DNA of 63,957 bases, filler included, from Reticulomyxa filosa (lineage: Eukaryota > Protista > Foraminifera), in NCBI GenBank assembly GCA_000512085.1. It is 15 parts of 15 records of this genome, joined end to end, with 100 filler letters (N's around TTAATTAATTAA, not from the genome) between each part and the next. Parts side by side here need not be neighbours in the genome. Positions count along the whole stretch, not along the records: positions 26,946 to 35,626 come from ASPP01010649.1; positions 35,727 to 39,467 come from ASPP01012203.1; positions 39,568 to 40,932 come from ASPP01005258.1; positions 41,033 to 43,459 come from ASPP01037192.1; 11 more parts are not named here. One strand, written 5' to 3'. The first letter of the stretch is position 1, and each line of letters opens with the position of its first letter. Position numbers and translations under genes: made by a program. The notes under the pieces were generated by a model. It saw nothing but the letters and a program-made list of their open reading frames with translations, made no database searches and was not told the origin of the DNA. This document shows, piece after piece, positions 29,542 to 43,345 of the stretch.

Positions 29542-31900
29542 GTGCAGTGTTTCGTGCGTCACTTGCGAAAGGAGATTTTTGCTACATCAAAAAAAATGAT
29601 CAACTATGGAACAAGTATTGAAAGTCACATAAGCAGACTTGTGTATCTTTTTGTGAGAAGGAGACGTAATACTGGAGAATGTGGGATTGCGTTTGAATGT
29701 ATTGAACAAGGAGCTGAAAACTTTGACAACCCATGGCAAATACAAAGAGTTTTTTCGTGCATTAGAAATCTCGACCCATTGGCCGCGAACCATATCAAGA
29801 CCAGTGGAGTCCAATCTCAACAGCCTGGAGTTTGCGTTCGTCGTATTACTTGTAGTGTTGGAATTGATAGCGTGAGCGTTGCAAAGCCGTACAAAGTCGC
29901 AACGACGGCATACTCAAAAAGGTGCCAAGTCCGCGGACAGCACAAAACACATGGAAATAAATACGGGAAGACAGATGACATGGACAGAAAGGACCACGAC
30001 CAAGACGATGAGCCTAAAAATTCGTGGGAACGCGCAAGTGATGTCGTTGTGCGTAACCGGATCGATCACAGACAAAGCATGAGTGTATTGAAGCGTGCAT
30101 CGGGTGATATTCGAGGACATCTGCAGTCGATGGACGTGGTGTGGAACTCGATGCTGCAAGACATGGGCGAATACTTTGTGACGATATGCACGCAAATCCG
30201 GGAAAGAAATAATGAGCCAAAAACAAGTGTGTATTTCACGCTAATCAGGGCTCCGATGCAATTGCTTTCAATCGTCACAATGAGGAGGCCATGGCGAGTC
30301 AATCACCAATACACTTTTGTTGGCAGATTGTCAAGCGCTTTCAATTTCGCGCAACGACGATGGAACTACGATAGTCTTCTCGAGACAAAAGTGAATTGGT
30401 ATTTCAAAAAAAAAAAAAGGTGTATAAAAAAAAACAACAACAAAAAAAAAAAAAACATTTAGATAAAGATATGGTCTCAACGAAATGCCGTTTATTGATA
30501 GTATGTTGATTGAAGTCAATGCTGTCGTTGAGGTGCATATGATGCTAACAGACAACGATGTGCAGATAATCACCTTGAATGATAGCACACCAACTTGGGA
30601 CTCGATGAACTGGAAAGGACCATTGTACAAAACAAGGTGAAAATATTTGGACTTGGAGACCAAGTGTATGTGATGCACATCCAGTCATGTCATGTTGGGA
30701 CAAACCATATATCGTCTGCGTTTTTGTCTGCACGAGTCATTGTCCGTTGATTGGCTCGGACAGCACAAATGTTTCATACAAATGTCGGATTCAAACTTGA
30801 CATTGATATCATTCTGCAAGGTGCTCGGACATTGTGTGCCTCATACAGCTTATGCATATCATTTGACGACAAGAAGCATATATATGAGTATATACTTGCG
30901 ACGTAACACGAATTACTGTGCATTTGGACGAATTCGGGTACAGTGTCATTTACCAAAAAAACAAAACTGAACTGCAGTTGGAGTTGGAATTGAAATTAAA
31001 TGTGAAAAGTAGTTGTATTGTTGGTGAAATGTATGTCGAATAAAAACTTGTGACTTGTTGAATGTGAACTAAATTCAGATATATCACGTTACAAATTCTA
31101 ATGATATTGTAGTCGCAGCATGTACAGAAGTTCCTGCACTCGAAAGGCCATCATCATCGACATCAATTGCAATTGGCCGAGGAAAATTTGCAGAAGGTCA
31201 GCGAATTACATTCCAAGGACCTTGCGAACAAGTAGGAATCGCACATGATCAAGCAGACGATGTTTCAATGTCACGCATGTATGGACGTGGACATGGATAT
31301 GGTGTCCACATACGCATGTCCAACTTTCAGTAATATCATATGAGTCTAGTTTTCAAAGATGTTGTCGCGCTAGACAGTTCAACTGGTGGTGCTACTATCG
31401 TACTCGTGCGACGAACTATCAGCAGCTTGTCAATGTGTCGCATGTGTATATACATACACTTTATGTTTCTTTGAGTCACACTTGATGACTTCATCATTCA
31501 GAATAGTAGTCGAATATACGCTATATCGAGTTGTGTGAGTATAGATGTAGCTGTTTGAGTACATGTAATTATCATGTACGATTTGATTCAAAGTTTCAAG
31601 GCCAAGGAAACGCGAGAATCCATACATTTGCTAAGTCTGCAAATTATCAACGTCCAGTCAATGTGTTTGTTCGTCGACATACAGTGGGAGGGCCAGGCGT
31701 ATGCACGAAAAACATTTGAGGAACACATAATCGACAAACGTATGCTCTATTGCATGACGCTGTCGCTTTGAGACTATAGCAGGCACAAATACCAAGATTT
31801 GTCTTTGCGTCCTGCCATCCGGGGTCAATTATTACAACTCGAAACATAAACATAAAGAAGCTATCCACTGCACCTGCTTCGCATGTGGTCAATTTACGAC
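29542..31900 (+). pseudogene. Probable decayed gene of unknown family
   Basis: Coding-like composition, with protein-like stretches hopping between frames and interrupted by stops; one intron-like A-run at ~30405-30460. Confidence 0.3.
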
Positions 31901-32207
31901 TAGTTAGTAAGTGTCGAAATGGTCATATTCGACAATCTAATAATGTTAAATATGTTGGAATGACTCAGTTAGTATGTAGCAAAATGACGTGTTTTGTCTA
32001 TATACAAATATTTTGAATTATGATATAGATTTAATCAGAAAAGCTATTTTTCATTGAAAAAAAAATCACAGGCGTTGCTTCAATTATATTTTTCCTGTTA
32101 TCGACTTTTTTTGACTAAGCAAAAGTATTTAATTGAATCCAGTATAATGCACAAACATTTGATCTTACAAGAAAGCAAAAATAATGCATTGCAAAAAAAC
32201 CAAAGTC

Positions 32208-34988
32208 TCAAATGAGCGACCCACAAGGATTTTGTTCAGATTCTCTTTGCTTAAAAATGATGTCATAATCTGTTGTGTCTTGACTCTCAACACAATACCA
32301 TTCACTACATTTCTTCTTGCGAATTTCTGTCCTAATGTCATGCAACATTTGCTTGAATGGATAACTGTTCTTATATTTTGTCGTAACAGTATTTTTCATA
32401 CATTCACTGAACAATGACAAGTCGGCCACTCTGTGTCCTTTTGTGGTTGACCAAATTATTAAAAACCCATCATCATTGTGACCATAAGATATCTCATTTC
32501 CTCGCATAGCAATTTCATGAGCTTTTGGAATATTTTCACCACGACAAATATCAATAATAAAAATTTTAGGAAAATCTTTGAATGATTCCATTTCATGACA
32601 ATTGAATGATGAACGTATTTTATCAATTGATACATATTTTCCATCACTTGCCACTAGCATATTTCCACTATCTCCATGTCCACAAATAATCACAATTAAC
32701 CCATCATATTTATTATTATTTGTGCGAAGTTTGAAACTGATTTTTATTTGATCCATGAACTCGTCAACATCACTTTTCGTCATTTTTGAAGATGGAGTGC
32801 ATACAATTTCATAATTTAATTCTTGTCCGAACAATTGTTTGAAATTTTGTATGTCCTTTTCTTTCACATTTTTAAGATTTTTCCATTCATTGTTGCCGTA
32901 TTCACTGATAGCAATTATTATCACAAACGCATTTTTTATAGTTTTTGTTTTCCCAAGTATTACTGGCTGTTGACATGATGTCCAAATAATTTTAAATGTA
33001 GGCTCATTACTTTCAAATTCTTTTTTCACAGCTTCATCTGATTCAATAATGTTATCTTTCATATCAGTTAATTCAATCTTTAAATTGTCATTTCTCATCT
33101 TTTGGAAGTCTTTCCATTCCAAACAGCTATGACTCTGCCGAAGGAGTTCTTCAAATGTCAATTCTTTCATTTTTATCGATTTTTTTCTTTCGTCCAGTAT
33201 CACGTATGCCTTTAACTATTCACGTTTGTCATTCGATTCCAATCCAAAAAAAAACATAAAACAATGACAATTGATTAACTTCCTTTTCTTTGTTGTTTTG
33301 ATTAATTGCGGTCAAGTTAAGAAAAGCTTCAATGGAAACAATGTCATTTTTTGTGATTTCATATTTGCATTTGCACTCATTCAATAACCATACTCGAAAT
33401 TGTTCATTTGACATTGTTTTAAACTTTTCAATGATCTCTGTTTTATCTTTTTGTTCTCTTTCATCCCACCATTTCATCCATTTTTTAATTTTTTCCTATT
33501 TTGTGTTTGACTTTTTGCAATTGAGTCTTTTTACTTTTAAAAAAAAAAAAACAAAACTTTATCAGTTGAGTGATAGTCAATATAAGATTCAATTGCGGCA
33601 TAAATTGCAACAATATTTTCATTGTTTAAATCATGTTTCCATTTACTTTGAAGCAACAACCACGATTCAAAATCATTAGTTGATAGTTGTTCAAATTTTG
33701 AAATTATCTCTTCTTTGTCTATTTCACTTCTCTCTTTCCACCATTTCGTCCATTTCCTCTTTTCTTCTTTTTTCTATTTTCATTTTACACTATTATAATT
33801 CAACTATCATTACATATAGCTCCAATTCAAATTCAATACTTAACACTGACGTCCTCTTTTTTACTGTTTTGTCTGTTTCATTCTCCTTTTCTTCTTTTAC
33901 TTTCAATTCAATTCCTTTGTTCATTTCTGCATTCAACCACTTACTCACTTTAGTTTTCATATGTGTTGACATATGTTCTTGTCCATTCGAGCCTCCAATA
34001 ATATATACATATTTGCTGTCTTCACTCAGTATTGCAGTGCATGTACACAATGGACTGGGCAAAGCGTTTTGAAATGTCATCCATTTGTTTTCTCGAATTG
34101 AATACTTGTGCACTGATTTTGAAACAGTGCCATAGCCATTCGATCCACCAAAGAACAAGATGACATCATTGATGTATACATATGCATAATGGTGAAATGA
34201 TGCAATATCGTCACAAACAGGTAGTTGATGAAATTGAAAAGTGTTATTATCTTCATCATATTCAATTGATAATCCAGTCTTAAAAGAAAACAGAAACATT
34301 TCACACTTTTTATTCTTTTTACTTTTTTTTTTTTTTCTTCATTTATTTCTTGTCCATTTTCTGGCTTTGATACAAAACAATGATACTGTATCCAACTGTC
34401 AGTTAATAAAGTATCATGTTTAATAAATTGAAATTTATTTAAATCAAACACGCTAATATTATTTTGAAGATAAGTGATAAATAACAAATTATTGCCACTT
34501 CCACCAATCACTGCACGCACTCCCCAATAATTATCTTCATCTCGTCCAATATTAATTGGATCATTGTGATTGTCTGTAAAAGGAATCCATTTGTTGTAAT
34601 CATTTGATTTCTGTACTTGCTTTGATTTATTCATTTCACTGTCATTATTATTCTCATTGTCATTACTCCAAACACTCACATATTTCATCATCAGCGTATG
34701 TTTAGAATATCCACCAAAAGACAACAATGTGATTTCATTCTTGTCTTTGTTGTTGTTGTTGTTGTCATTTACCAGTTTCACTACACAGTGTCCAAATACT
34801 TTGACATTACTTGGATACTTACAGATAAACTTGTATTCTTTTTTGATTGTATGATAAGAATAACAATTTCTTTGAAGATATCCTCCACAAACGAGTAATT
34901 CGTATTTATGTAGCATGCATTGAGATTCAGAAAATTGATTGGGCAAATTCATCAAACTTTGAAAGGGAATTGTGTTTTGATTACCCAT
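32208..34988 (-). CDS. Multi-exon protein: kelch-like propeller + two tandem small helical repeats + PB1-like domain + caspase-like (peptidase C14) domain; apparent frameshift at a homopolymer near 34325
   Basis: MGNQN start, then LLVCGG / LLSFGG / ILFFGG / YIIGG kelch blades. Repeats KWWKERSEIDKEEIISKF and KWWDEREQKDKTEIIEKF. C14 motifs IIIAISEY, IICGHG (His), PKIFIIDICRG (Cys), WSTTKG. Joining into one gene is inferred from shared strand and intron-sized gaps. Confidence 0.8.
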
Positions 34989-35416
34989 AGTGTTAAGATG
35001 AAGAACTATTAAGTCTTTCTGTTTTTTTTAAAAATAAGGGAGAGCACGAGCGTTTTTTTTTTCAATTCAATTATTATTAAAATATAACTGTAACCTTATC
35101 ATTATTTTCAACTCACACTGCAATCATTTTCTAAAGAAAATCAAAAACTTTGAAGTCTTTTTGCAGCTTGCTTTTTCAAATCCAACAAGTCAGAGCAAAT
35201 ATCCAAGCAACCTCCAATGATCACGTTTTTCTAAATAAATTGAAGTAAAGAGCAAACTCCAAATAAGTAGATTTAAATTATTTTAAAAATTAGTTAATAA
35301 AAAAAAGCAAGTACGAAAGTGTCTGACGGAAGAAAAGGGGGCTTTTTGCGTCAGCAATATCAAAAAAAGCATTAAAAAAAAAGGAAGCGGAAGATGTTGA
35401 TTATCTTAACCTTTTT

Positions 35417-35626
35417 TTGTTATGTTCGCGACAGTTTTGTCTTGGAGCAGAGGATGTTGAAATAGTTACAGCGGAAGTGAGTAGTGATGGAAGACAAGCA
35501 CAAGTAAAAGCGAAAGACATTGTTCCGCCAAGTATAGAGTCGTTCGAAGTGATGTTTGAGAACCAATCTCCAGAAAAGTTGGCCTCCACCCCTTTGCAAA
35601 CACAAACATATACCAAAAAAAAAAAA
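35417..35626 (+). CDS. Possible 5' fragment of a hypothetical gene at contig end
   Basis: Short protein-like ORF running into the spacer. Confidence 0.2.
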
Positions 35627-36360
35627 NNNNNNNNNNNNNNNNNNNNNNNNNNNNNNNNNNNNNNNNNNNNTTAATTAATTAANNNNNNNNNNNNNNNNNN
35701 NNNNNNNNNNNNNNNNNNNNNNNNNNTAAACAACATGTGCACAATCAATAATAAAAAAAAAAAAATGTTTAATAAAAAAACAGGACACGATTTTTAGAAG
35801 AACCAAACGCTTTCTTACTTTCACTGCCTAGTACAACAACTTTTGCTTTAATGTAGTTATCATCATCATCGATCGTGCTTCGTGACATTGGCCGCTTTTT
35901 TTCCTAGAGTTTCTCTATTTTGTCCCCTCCACTGTTGTCTTTTTGCAGACCGACACATCATCAACGCTACATTTTAAAAGTTTGATCAAGGAAAAAGGTA
36001 AGATAGATAAAGCTTACAAATCTATTGAAAATCTATATAAGAATTACAAGTGCTATCATTAGACAGAAGCTACAGCACAAAGAATATCAAAATTTGCGTC
36101 AATTTCTTGCACAACACTTATCAGAGCACTAAAAAATAACGCTTGAATAGAATAACTTTGAAAAAAACTAGCTCTAACTATGAAAACAAAAGTTAATGTT
36201 TAATTGTAAAACAGATGGTGAGATTTTCATTAAAACTTGTGAAAAAAAATAGTAAATATGGTCGGGCACCACTAACAAAGGGTGTAGTTTTTTTCGGAGA
36301 TTCTAATTTTGAAATTTTGACAAGAGAGTTTGTGTCACGCTCAATTGGGCTTGTGAACAA

Positions 36361-38780
36361 ATGGCAGACAATTACCCTCAAAAGGATGGCAATGAAGAGA
36401 GGGGACCAGGAGGTGCAGGAGTGGTCGAAGAAAAAAAAAACAGAAAAGGGGAAAAAGAAAGAGAAGAAGAGCCAAAAGGAGAAGACACGATAAACGCCGA
36501 AATTGAATGGAGTGAAGAGAATAACAACAACGAAGAAGAAGGCTGGGACGATAGCGTAATCGATTCCAAAGAGATTATCATTTTCAACAAGAAAGAGGAA
36601 GAAAGTGATAGTGAAGATGACAAAGCATGCACTTTCGATGACGAAGATACTAAAATAGCTCCAGATTATTCTAAGGACGCTCATCTAATCCCACCAGATT
36701 CGCGTTGCTGGATTTGCATCGAGTGTGGGACGTATATTAGTTAATTGGAAAAAAAAAAAAAAAAAAAAAAAATTGTATCTTTTTCTAACGTGCAAGGTGT
36801 ATGTATATACGTATAAATATAACAAATTGACTAAATAAACAAAAAAAAAAAAAAAAAAAGATGTTCTGCAATCAACATGTTGGAGTTGCAAAAATGAACG
36901 TTCAATGTCGGACATGTTGATATTTGCCAAACCGGATGAACAGCAGACGCTGCAAGAGCACATGAAACAGCACGAAAATTCTGAACCTTGCACATTGGCT
37001 CATGAATTCCCCAAACAGACGGGAGATATCACATTTCAAGAAAGTGTGATCAATATGTTTGAAAACCCTTATTCCAATTACTTTTGGATGGCCAACATAC
37101 CCCATCAGCGGCATTGGAGGTCTTCCTTCTCGTCCCATTTCCCTTGCTGTGATCTTCCTCCCATCAGCCTCGGTTGTTCCAAGTTGTCGCTCCATTGCAA
37201 TTTACAGTTTGTGCCTCCTTTTACATACATATATAAGTACATGTATACGTGTGGATATATTTATTTACTTTTTGCTTTGCTCATTTTTTTTTTTTGTCTT
37301 ATCGCAATGATTCAAAAAGGTCCTGTTCTGTATTAAGTTGTGTAAAAAAAAAAAAAAAATGTTCATTTGTAAAAATTCCATTTCGTCGTCCAAAATACAT
37401 TCATACAAAAAAAAAAAAAAGGAGCAAATAAGAATTGGAGTCAAATCATCCACCCAATTGCAAAGCGTGGATTGGACATCGATTCCGTGACAGGAATGTT
37501 AGCGACAACAAATGGAGCTTTCATATGTGTGTGGGAAGTCGCAGGGATGCATTGGCAATTGGCAGCGGAGCCATTGGATCTTGCACCATTCTCCCCCTCT
37601 TCACAGCTTAAACTTCGTTGTTATAACAATTCCATCTATATTTTATCTCGTTTTGACATTCTGGAGTTCCAAGTTAAAAAAAGTACTTTACAATTACAGA
37701 TGCAACGTATACCATAAATATGTACATATTGCATTTGCAACAACAACAAAAAAAAAAGATTGTGACTGAGACAAGATCGTTGACGCATGTTCATACGAAA
37801 AAAGACCAATATTTTAAGGAAGCACAAATTGTCGATTTCCAGATAGTGGACGATTTACTGTTGGTACAATTTTCAAGATGGCTTGGTATTTATAAATTGT
37901 TTGACGATCATTGTGTTTGGATTCTTGTTAAGTGTTGTGACATTTTATGTACTCGATTCTTTTTTTTTTACTTTTTTTTGTTTTTGCGTTTGAAAAGGCC
38001 ATAGCGTATACAGAAAAAGCAGCCACTCCGCGAACATTCCGATTGATAGACAGTGACTATTACGTATTAGAAAAACACGAAACTCAGATCCCGAGGAAGC
38101 CTAGGATAGATCCTCCAAAGAAAAGTCACAAACATTTTTTTTATGCCGCGTTTGGCACCAACATTATATGTGAGCATCCTTCCTTACCTTCGTTCGAATA
38201 TATTCATGTCTGTGACGATATCTCCACGCTGGTGCTTGCACCGTCCTTGCAATATGGAGTCTTTTATCTATGCAATGACCATTGCATCATGCAAAGTGCC
38301 GACTTAAACAATGACAGCAAAACTCCTCTTTTCTTCACTACTGGTTTCCCTAATATAAACAATCAGCCTGCCACCTATTTCAAGTACCTTCTTTCGACTG
38401 GCTCCAACACACTTACGTTGGATCAACTCTTTCTTTCTGGTTCTCTTTTTGTTTGTTTATTAAAAAAGTACTTTTCAAATAGAACATGCACTGGTGGCCA
38501 ACAAATGATAATATTGATGACAATGATACAGTACAAAATTTGTTTTATGATGATTCCTATGGAATTTCGGGTCGGTTGCTGGTATATGGCAAAACTCTCG
38601 AAAAAAGTTATACGTTTGTGCAAATGCTCAATTTAAATGAGCTGAAACCATTGCATGATGCTTTGTTGAAAGTTCAGTACATACTTTTTTTTTGTATTTA
38701 TAATGCTTGACTTTTTTTTTCCTTTTCTTTTTGTTTTTGCTTCAACCGATGTAATTTCAACAGAACCCAAAGTTGCTGAA
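36361..38780 (+). CDS. Multi-exon protein: acidic N-terminus, RanBP2-type zinc finger, probable beta-propeller region
   Basis: Splicing ~36739 to 36861 gives WICIECGTYINVLQSTCWSC. Downstream exons are WD-like (LDIDSVTGMLATTNGAFICVWEV). Confidence 0.55.
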
Positions 38781-39331
38781 AAGTTTGTTGCAATCCCAGC
38801 CACATTTAAGAATCTTCGATCTCACTGTCGATGTGTTTGAGTATTTGTACGGAAGCGATTTCATTGCTATGTATGTCACTCAAGACTGCTTTCCAGTCAC
38901 TTAGATCAATATGTGGTATAGTATTTTTATACAAAATCTTTGCGTTTTCACTTAATTAAGCAAACGTGACATTATATTGAACAGTGCCAGAATTAAAAAA
39001 TTATGTTTGCCATAATTTACATGTAGATACAAAAGTCATGACACACCAAAGCAAAAAAACTTTCATACATAATTGGCACCTTTATGAAGAGACGATTTTC
39101 TCAATGAAAAATAAACATTTAACTTAATTTTTTAAAAAATATTACTAATCTTGTAATTTTTAAATATATAATTTTTTTTATGTGTTTGTTATTTGAAATG
39201 TTTTATTGCATCGGTTAAGAAAAAAGCTAAAGTTAAAAAATAGTTATATTGATACTAGCTTTGAATTTAAAATAGACACAAAGACCATATTTTAAATTAT
39301 TGCAAGAAACGATATTTTTTTGATGAAACTT

Positions 39332-39467
39332 TGGGACGTCTGCTGATAGTATTGGTGCACTAACTGTAATACTAGATGTGTTTACTTATAAGAGAATCGG
39401 AGTTTCGTAAAACGAAAGTAATTTAAATAATAAAACAAGATAACAAAAGAAAGTAAAGAAAAGTAAT
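39332..39467 (+). repeat. Terminus of an interspersed repeat; homologous copy at 56620-56752 on the opposite strand
   Basis: TGGGACGTCTGCTGATAGT...CACTAACTGTAATAC...TTTCGTAAAACGAAAG...AAATAATAAAACAAGATAACAAAAGAAA is shared by both loci. Confidence 0.8.
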
Positions 39468-39949
39468 NNNNNNNNNNNNNNNNNNNNNNNNNNNNNNNNN
39501 NNNNNNNNNNNTTAATTAATTAANNNNNNNNNNNNNNNNNNNNNNNNNNNNNNNNNNNNNNNNNNNNATTTGTAATATATTCTGGATCAATTCGATTAAA
39601 TAAAAAAAGAAATATGTTGTCTTAAATTTATAAAGTTAAGAAAATAAAGATATTGAATCTAATTCATATTTGGATTATTTTTTTTTTCAGTAGTTTTATG
39701 TAAATACATTATATATCTTCATAAATTATATAAAGTAATTGTTCATCCATCCACACTTTGAATAAAAATGTCATGACTAAGGAAATTTTTTAAAAAATTA
39801 GGCTTTTGATTTTACCAGGAATTAAAAAAAAAATCTTTGAGTACTGTTTTTATCTTTTTTCTTATTTTAAAAAATATAATAAAAAGTTCATTATATCAAA
39901 TTCAAGAAAATTTGATCATTTATTTGTCATTATGTTTTCAATTTTTCTT

Positions 39950-40932
39950 TTAATTTTTTTTCCTGTTTTTTACTTTTAATGTATCTTCATGTGATTCTCC
40001 TAATATCTTACTGTAGATTCTATATGCCTCTTCGTAATATTTCAAAGCTGTTTTCAATTCTTTTTTGTATTCTAATAATAATCCCAAATTCCAATTGGAA
40101 TTACCAACTGATTCATTTGTGTTTCCAAATAACTCCTTCCTTATTTTCAATGATTTTTCATGATATTCAATGGCGTTATCATATTGTTTATTATTACGAT
40201 AGGAATACCTAAATTATTGTACGAATCAGCAACCTTTGAATGACTTATCCCAAAAATGTCTAATCTTATTTTTAATGATTTTTCATAACATTCAATGGCT
40301 TTATCATATTGTTTTTTATTATTATAGGAAATTCCTAAATTATTGTACAAATCAGTGACAATTGAATGGTTTGCCCCAGAAATGTCCAATCTTATTTTCA
40401 ATGCCTTTTCATAGCATTCAATGGCGTTGTCATATTGTTTATTATCGTCATAGGAATTACCTAAATTATTGTACGAATCAGCGACATCTGAATGGCTTGT
40501 TCCAGAAATGTTCAATCTTATTTTTAGTGCCTTTTCATTACATTCAATGGCCTTGTCAAGTTGTTTATTACTGCGATATGAAAATCCTAAATTATGATAT
40601 AAACTAGCAACATCTAAATTGTCTGTCCCAAAAATATCTAATCTTATTTTTAATGATTTTTCATGACATTCAATGGCTTTATCATATTGTTTATTATCAC
40701 GATAGGAATTACCTAAATTATTGTACGAATCAGCGACATCTGAATGATTTGTCCCAAAAATTTCTAACCTTATTTTTAATGATTTTTCATGGCATTCAAT
40801 GGCTTTATCATATTGTTTTTTTTTATTATAGGAAATTCCTAAATTATTGTACAAATCAGCGATATCTGAATGACTTGTCCCAAAAATTTCTAATCTTATT
40901 TTTAATGATTTTTCATAACATTCAATGGCTTT
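39950..40932 (-). CDS. TPR-repeat protein C-terminus (42-aa / 126-bp tandem units), 5' partial, 1-nt frameshift near 40205
   Basis: About 7 units of VADSYNNLGNSYxxNKQYDKAIECHEKSLKIRLxIFGxxHSD. The frame resumes in the 39950-40150 ORF. Confidence 0.9.
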
Positions 40933-41032
40933 NNNNNNNNNNNNNNNNNNNNNNNNNNNNNNNNNNNNNNNNNNNNTTAATTAATTAANNNNNNNNNNNN
41001 NNNNNNNNNNNNNNNNNNNNNNNNNNNNNNNN

Positions 41033-43066
41033 AAAAAAAAAAAAAAACAAGTGAATAAATGGAATAATAATAATGTCTCAAACCAAACTCGTTTGTCTTT
41101 GATTCCTTTCCAAAATTCTTCAGTCAACCATTTGATTGCAATGACTCGCGGGTCCGACATAAAGGATAAGTCTTCTTGATGGAACAGCGCACTTGCGAAT
41201 GCGTTGGTACCACGCTTGTGGTTGTGGTGGTGGTGGTGATTATGATGATGTGTTGTGTTTTCAACATTGCATGTGAATGGCATGTTTATGTGTGTATGCA
41301 ACATGAAACAAAACTTCGTCTTGCAAGTTCCATACATCGAGATTCTCCTTTGGCAAATGGGAGATAATGGCAGCAAAACTTCCAGGTTGGATATTTTCGC
41401 AGCCCAACAGGAGAGGTGTTCTGTTGAAGTCATTTGTGGTCAACGTCCACAGCGACTCGCCGCGGTCGGCATAGCACGACAAGTGTTCGCAGAACAAGTG
41501 GATGTTCTTTGCGCTTTGATAGCGACACACACAGTGGAATGCCGTCCAATTCATCTGGCACAACAAGTTTTCCCTTCCATTTAATTATCAAACAAGGAAA
41601 GAGAGAGAGAGAGAGGAAAGGGAAAAAAAAAACAAAAACAAAACAATGTCAGCCATTCGAAAGGCATTGGGCAAAAGTCTTTGCGGAATGAAGTTGATGA
41701 TTTGACGTAATAAGTCTGTATTCAAGTTGGGTTGCTTGAGTATTCGAAAGATAAAATTATCTGGCAACTAGTTGTTTATTATTATTATTATTAAAGTAGC
41801 TTTTTAAATATACGTAAAACAAATCCTAAACTTGTTCCTCAACCTCCAAATATACGTACGAGTGAACCTCCTTCGGTTCAAGAGGGGCCCCAAACATAAT
41901 TTCCGGCGTAAACCGCTGGGGATAGTTGACCAGCAAGGGCGCCAAGAGTAAGGCGCTGTCTCCTGCTTGTTTGAGCTTTTCACCAAAGGTGGTTTTTGTT
42001 TGAAATTGAAGGACGTGTGGTAAAACGATTCCATGCGTTCAATGTTGTACAGATCGTGGCTGCGTTTGTTCCAATCTGATATTGTTCGATGTAACATTTG
42101 AACCTGTTTTTTTCCAATTAAAAAAAAAAGTAAAGTTATGATAATTTTATGGGGGGGGTGGGGGTGGGGTATGGTTTATAATACTTTATATACATATACA
42201 TATATACATACGATAATAATGCATTATATTATATGTATATAAAAAAAAAAAAAAAAAGTTTGCAAAACTTCTCCAACAAGACTCAATTTCTGACTTTCGT
42301 CTTCGGCATTGGTCATGATGATGTTGAACTTGATATCACAAAAGGACTCTGGGATGGGTACAACGTCCTCCTTTCTTTTGGGTGCGGTGGCGGGGTCGCT
42401 TGTTTTCTGCAGTTTGTCCCAGGCCTTTTGTCGCAAGGAGCTGAAGCTATTTTTGCAGCGCATGATTTCCAAGCGCACGGGTGCTCGTTGATTGGCATCG
42501 CTGTGACAGTAGTTTGTAAGCAGCTCAATACCTTGGTACATTTCGGCAAAGGAATCGAAAGTGAGAGAGCATCTGACCAGATCGATGACTTGGGCGGTGG
42601 TGGGAAATGGAAAGTCTTTGTAGTCAATTTGCGCTTTGGCCTTGGAGCGATCCTTCCATTTAACGGGTCCGAACTGCACAATAACGTGCTCCTGAGTCGA
42701 GTAAATCGATGTCATCACTTGCTGAAATGGCTTATTCAGCAGATGCGCACGTATGGTTAGGTTGCTCAAATACGCCTCAAAGTCGTACATGTGCGATGCA
42801 TTGAAGAACAAGTCGTCGCTGAACAGCGAAATCACTGCCAATTGCGTCTCCGTCACGTCGCTATCTAGTCCGTGGTCGATCGCGTCCTGTCTTTGGTGAG
42901 TCTGGTCTTTGTACTTTGGATTTACGTATGAAAAGTTCATTATGCGCTCGTAGCTCGATCCGTCCTTTTTGATCAGTGGTGACATCTCCTCCATTAGTTT
43001 CACTTTCGCAACTTGGTTTTGCTCCACGACAATGGGCATCATTATATCTTTGAATAAACATATTTC

Positions 43067-43122
<56 letters not shown>

Positions 43123-43345
43123 CTGTCTTTTGCTCCTCTTTGGATGCAACTAGAGGTTGGCTCAATAACCACAACACATTCCTTGACCAATAGCTATCGA
43201 ACCATGTCACGTCACAACGATGCGCGTAATACGTATTGATGTCGAGCATCTCCTTCAACTTCGTTCGGATCACTGTCTGCAACAAGTCGTTTGTCTTCTT
43301 CTTCTCCTTTCGCATTTCGCATCCATTGTCCACTTCACATTTCAA
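41033..43345 (-). CDS. Protein with RelA/SpoT-like nucleotidyltransferase domain followed by ankyrin-like repeats; partial, multi-exon
   Basis: GPVKWKDRSKAK, VIDLVRCSLTF, RCKNSF, FCDIKFN and spliced LVGE|VQMLH...SHDLYNIER. Later exon has WTAFHCVCRY and RTPLLLGC. Confidence 0.65.
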
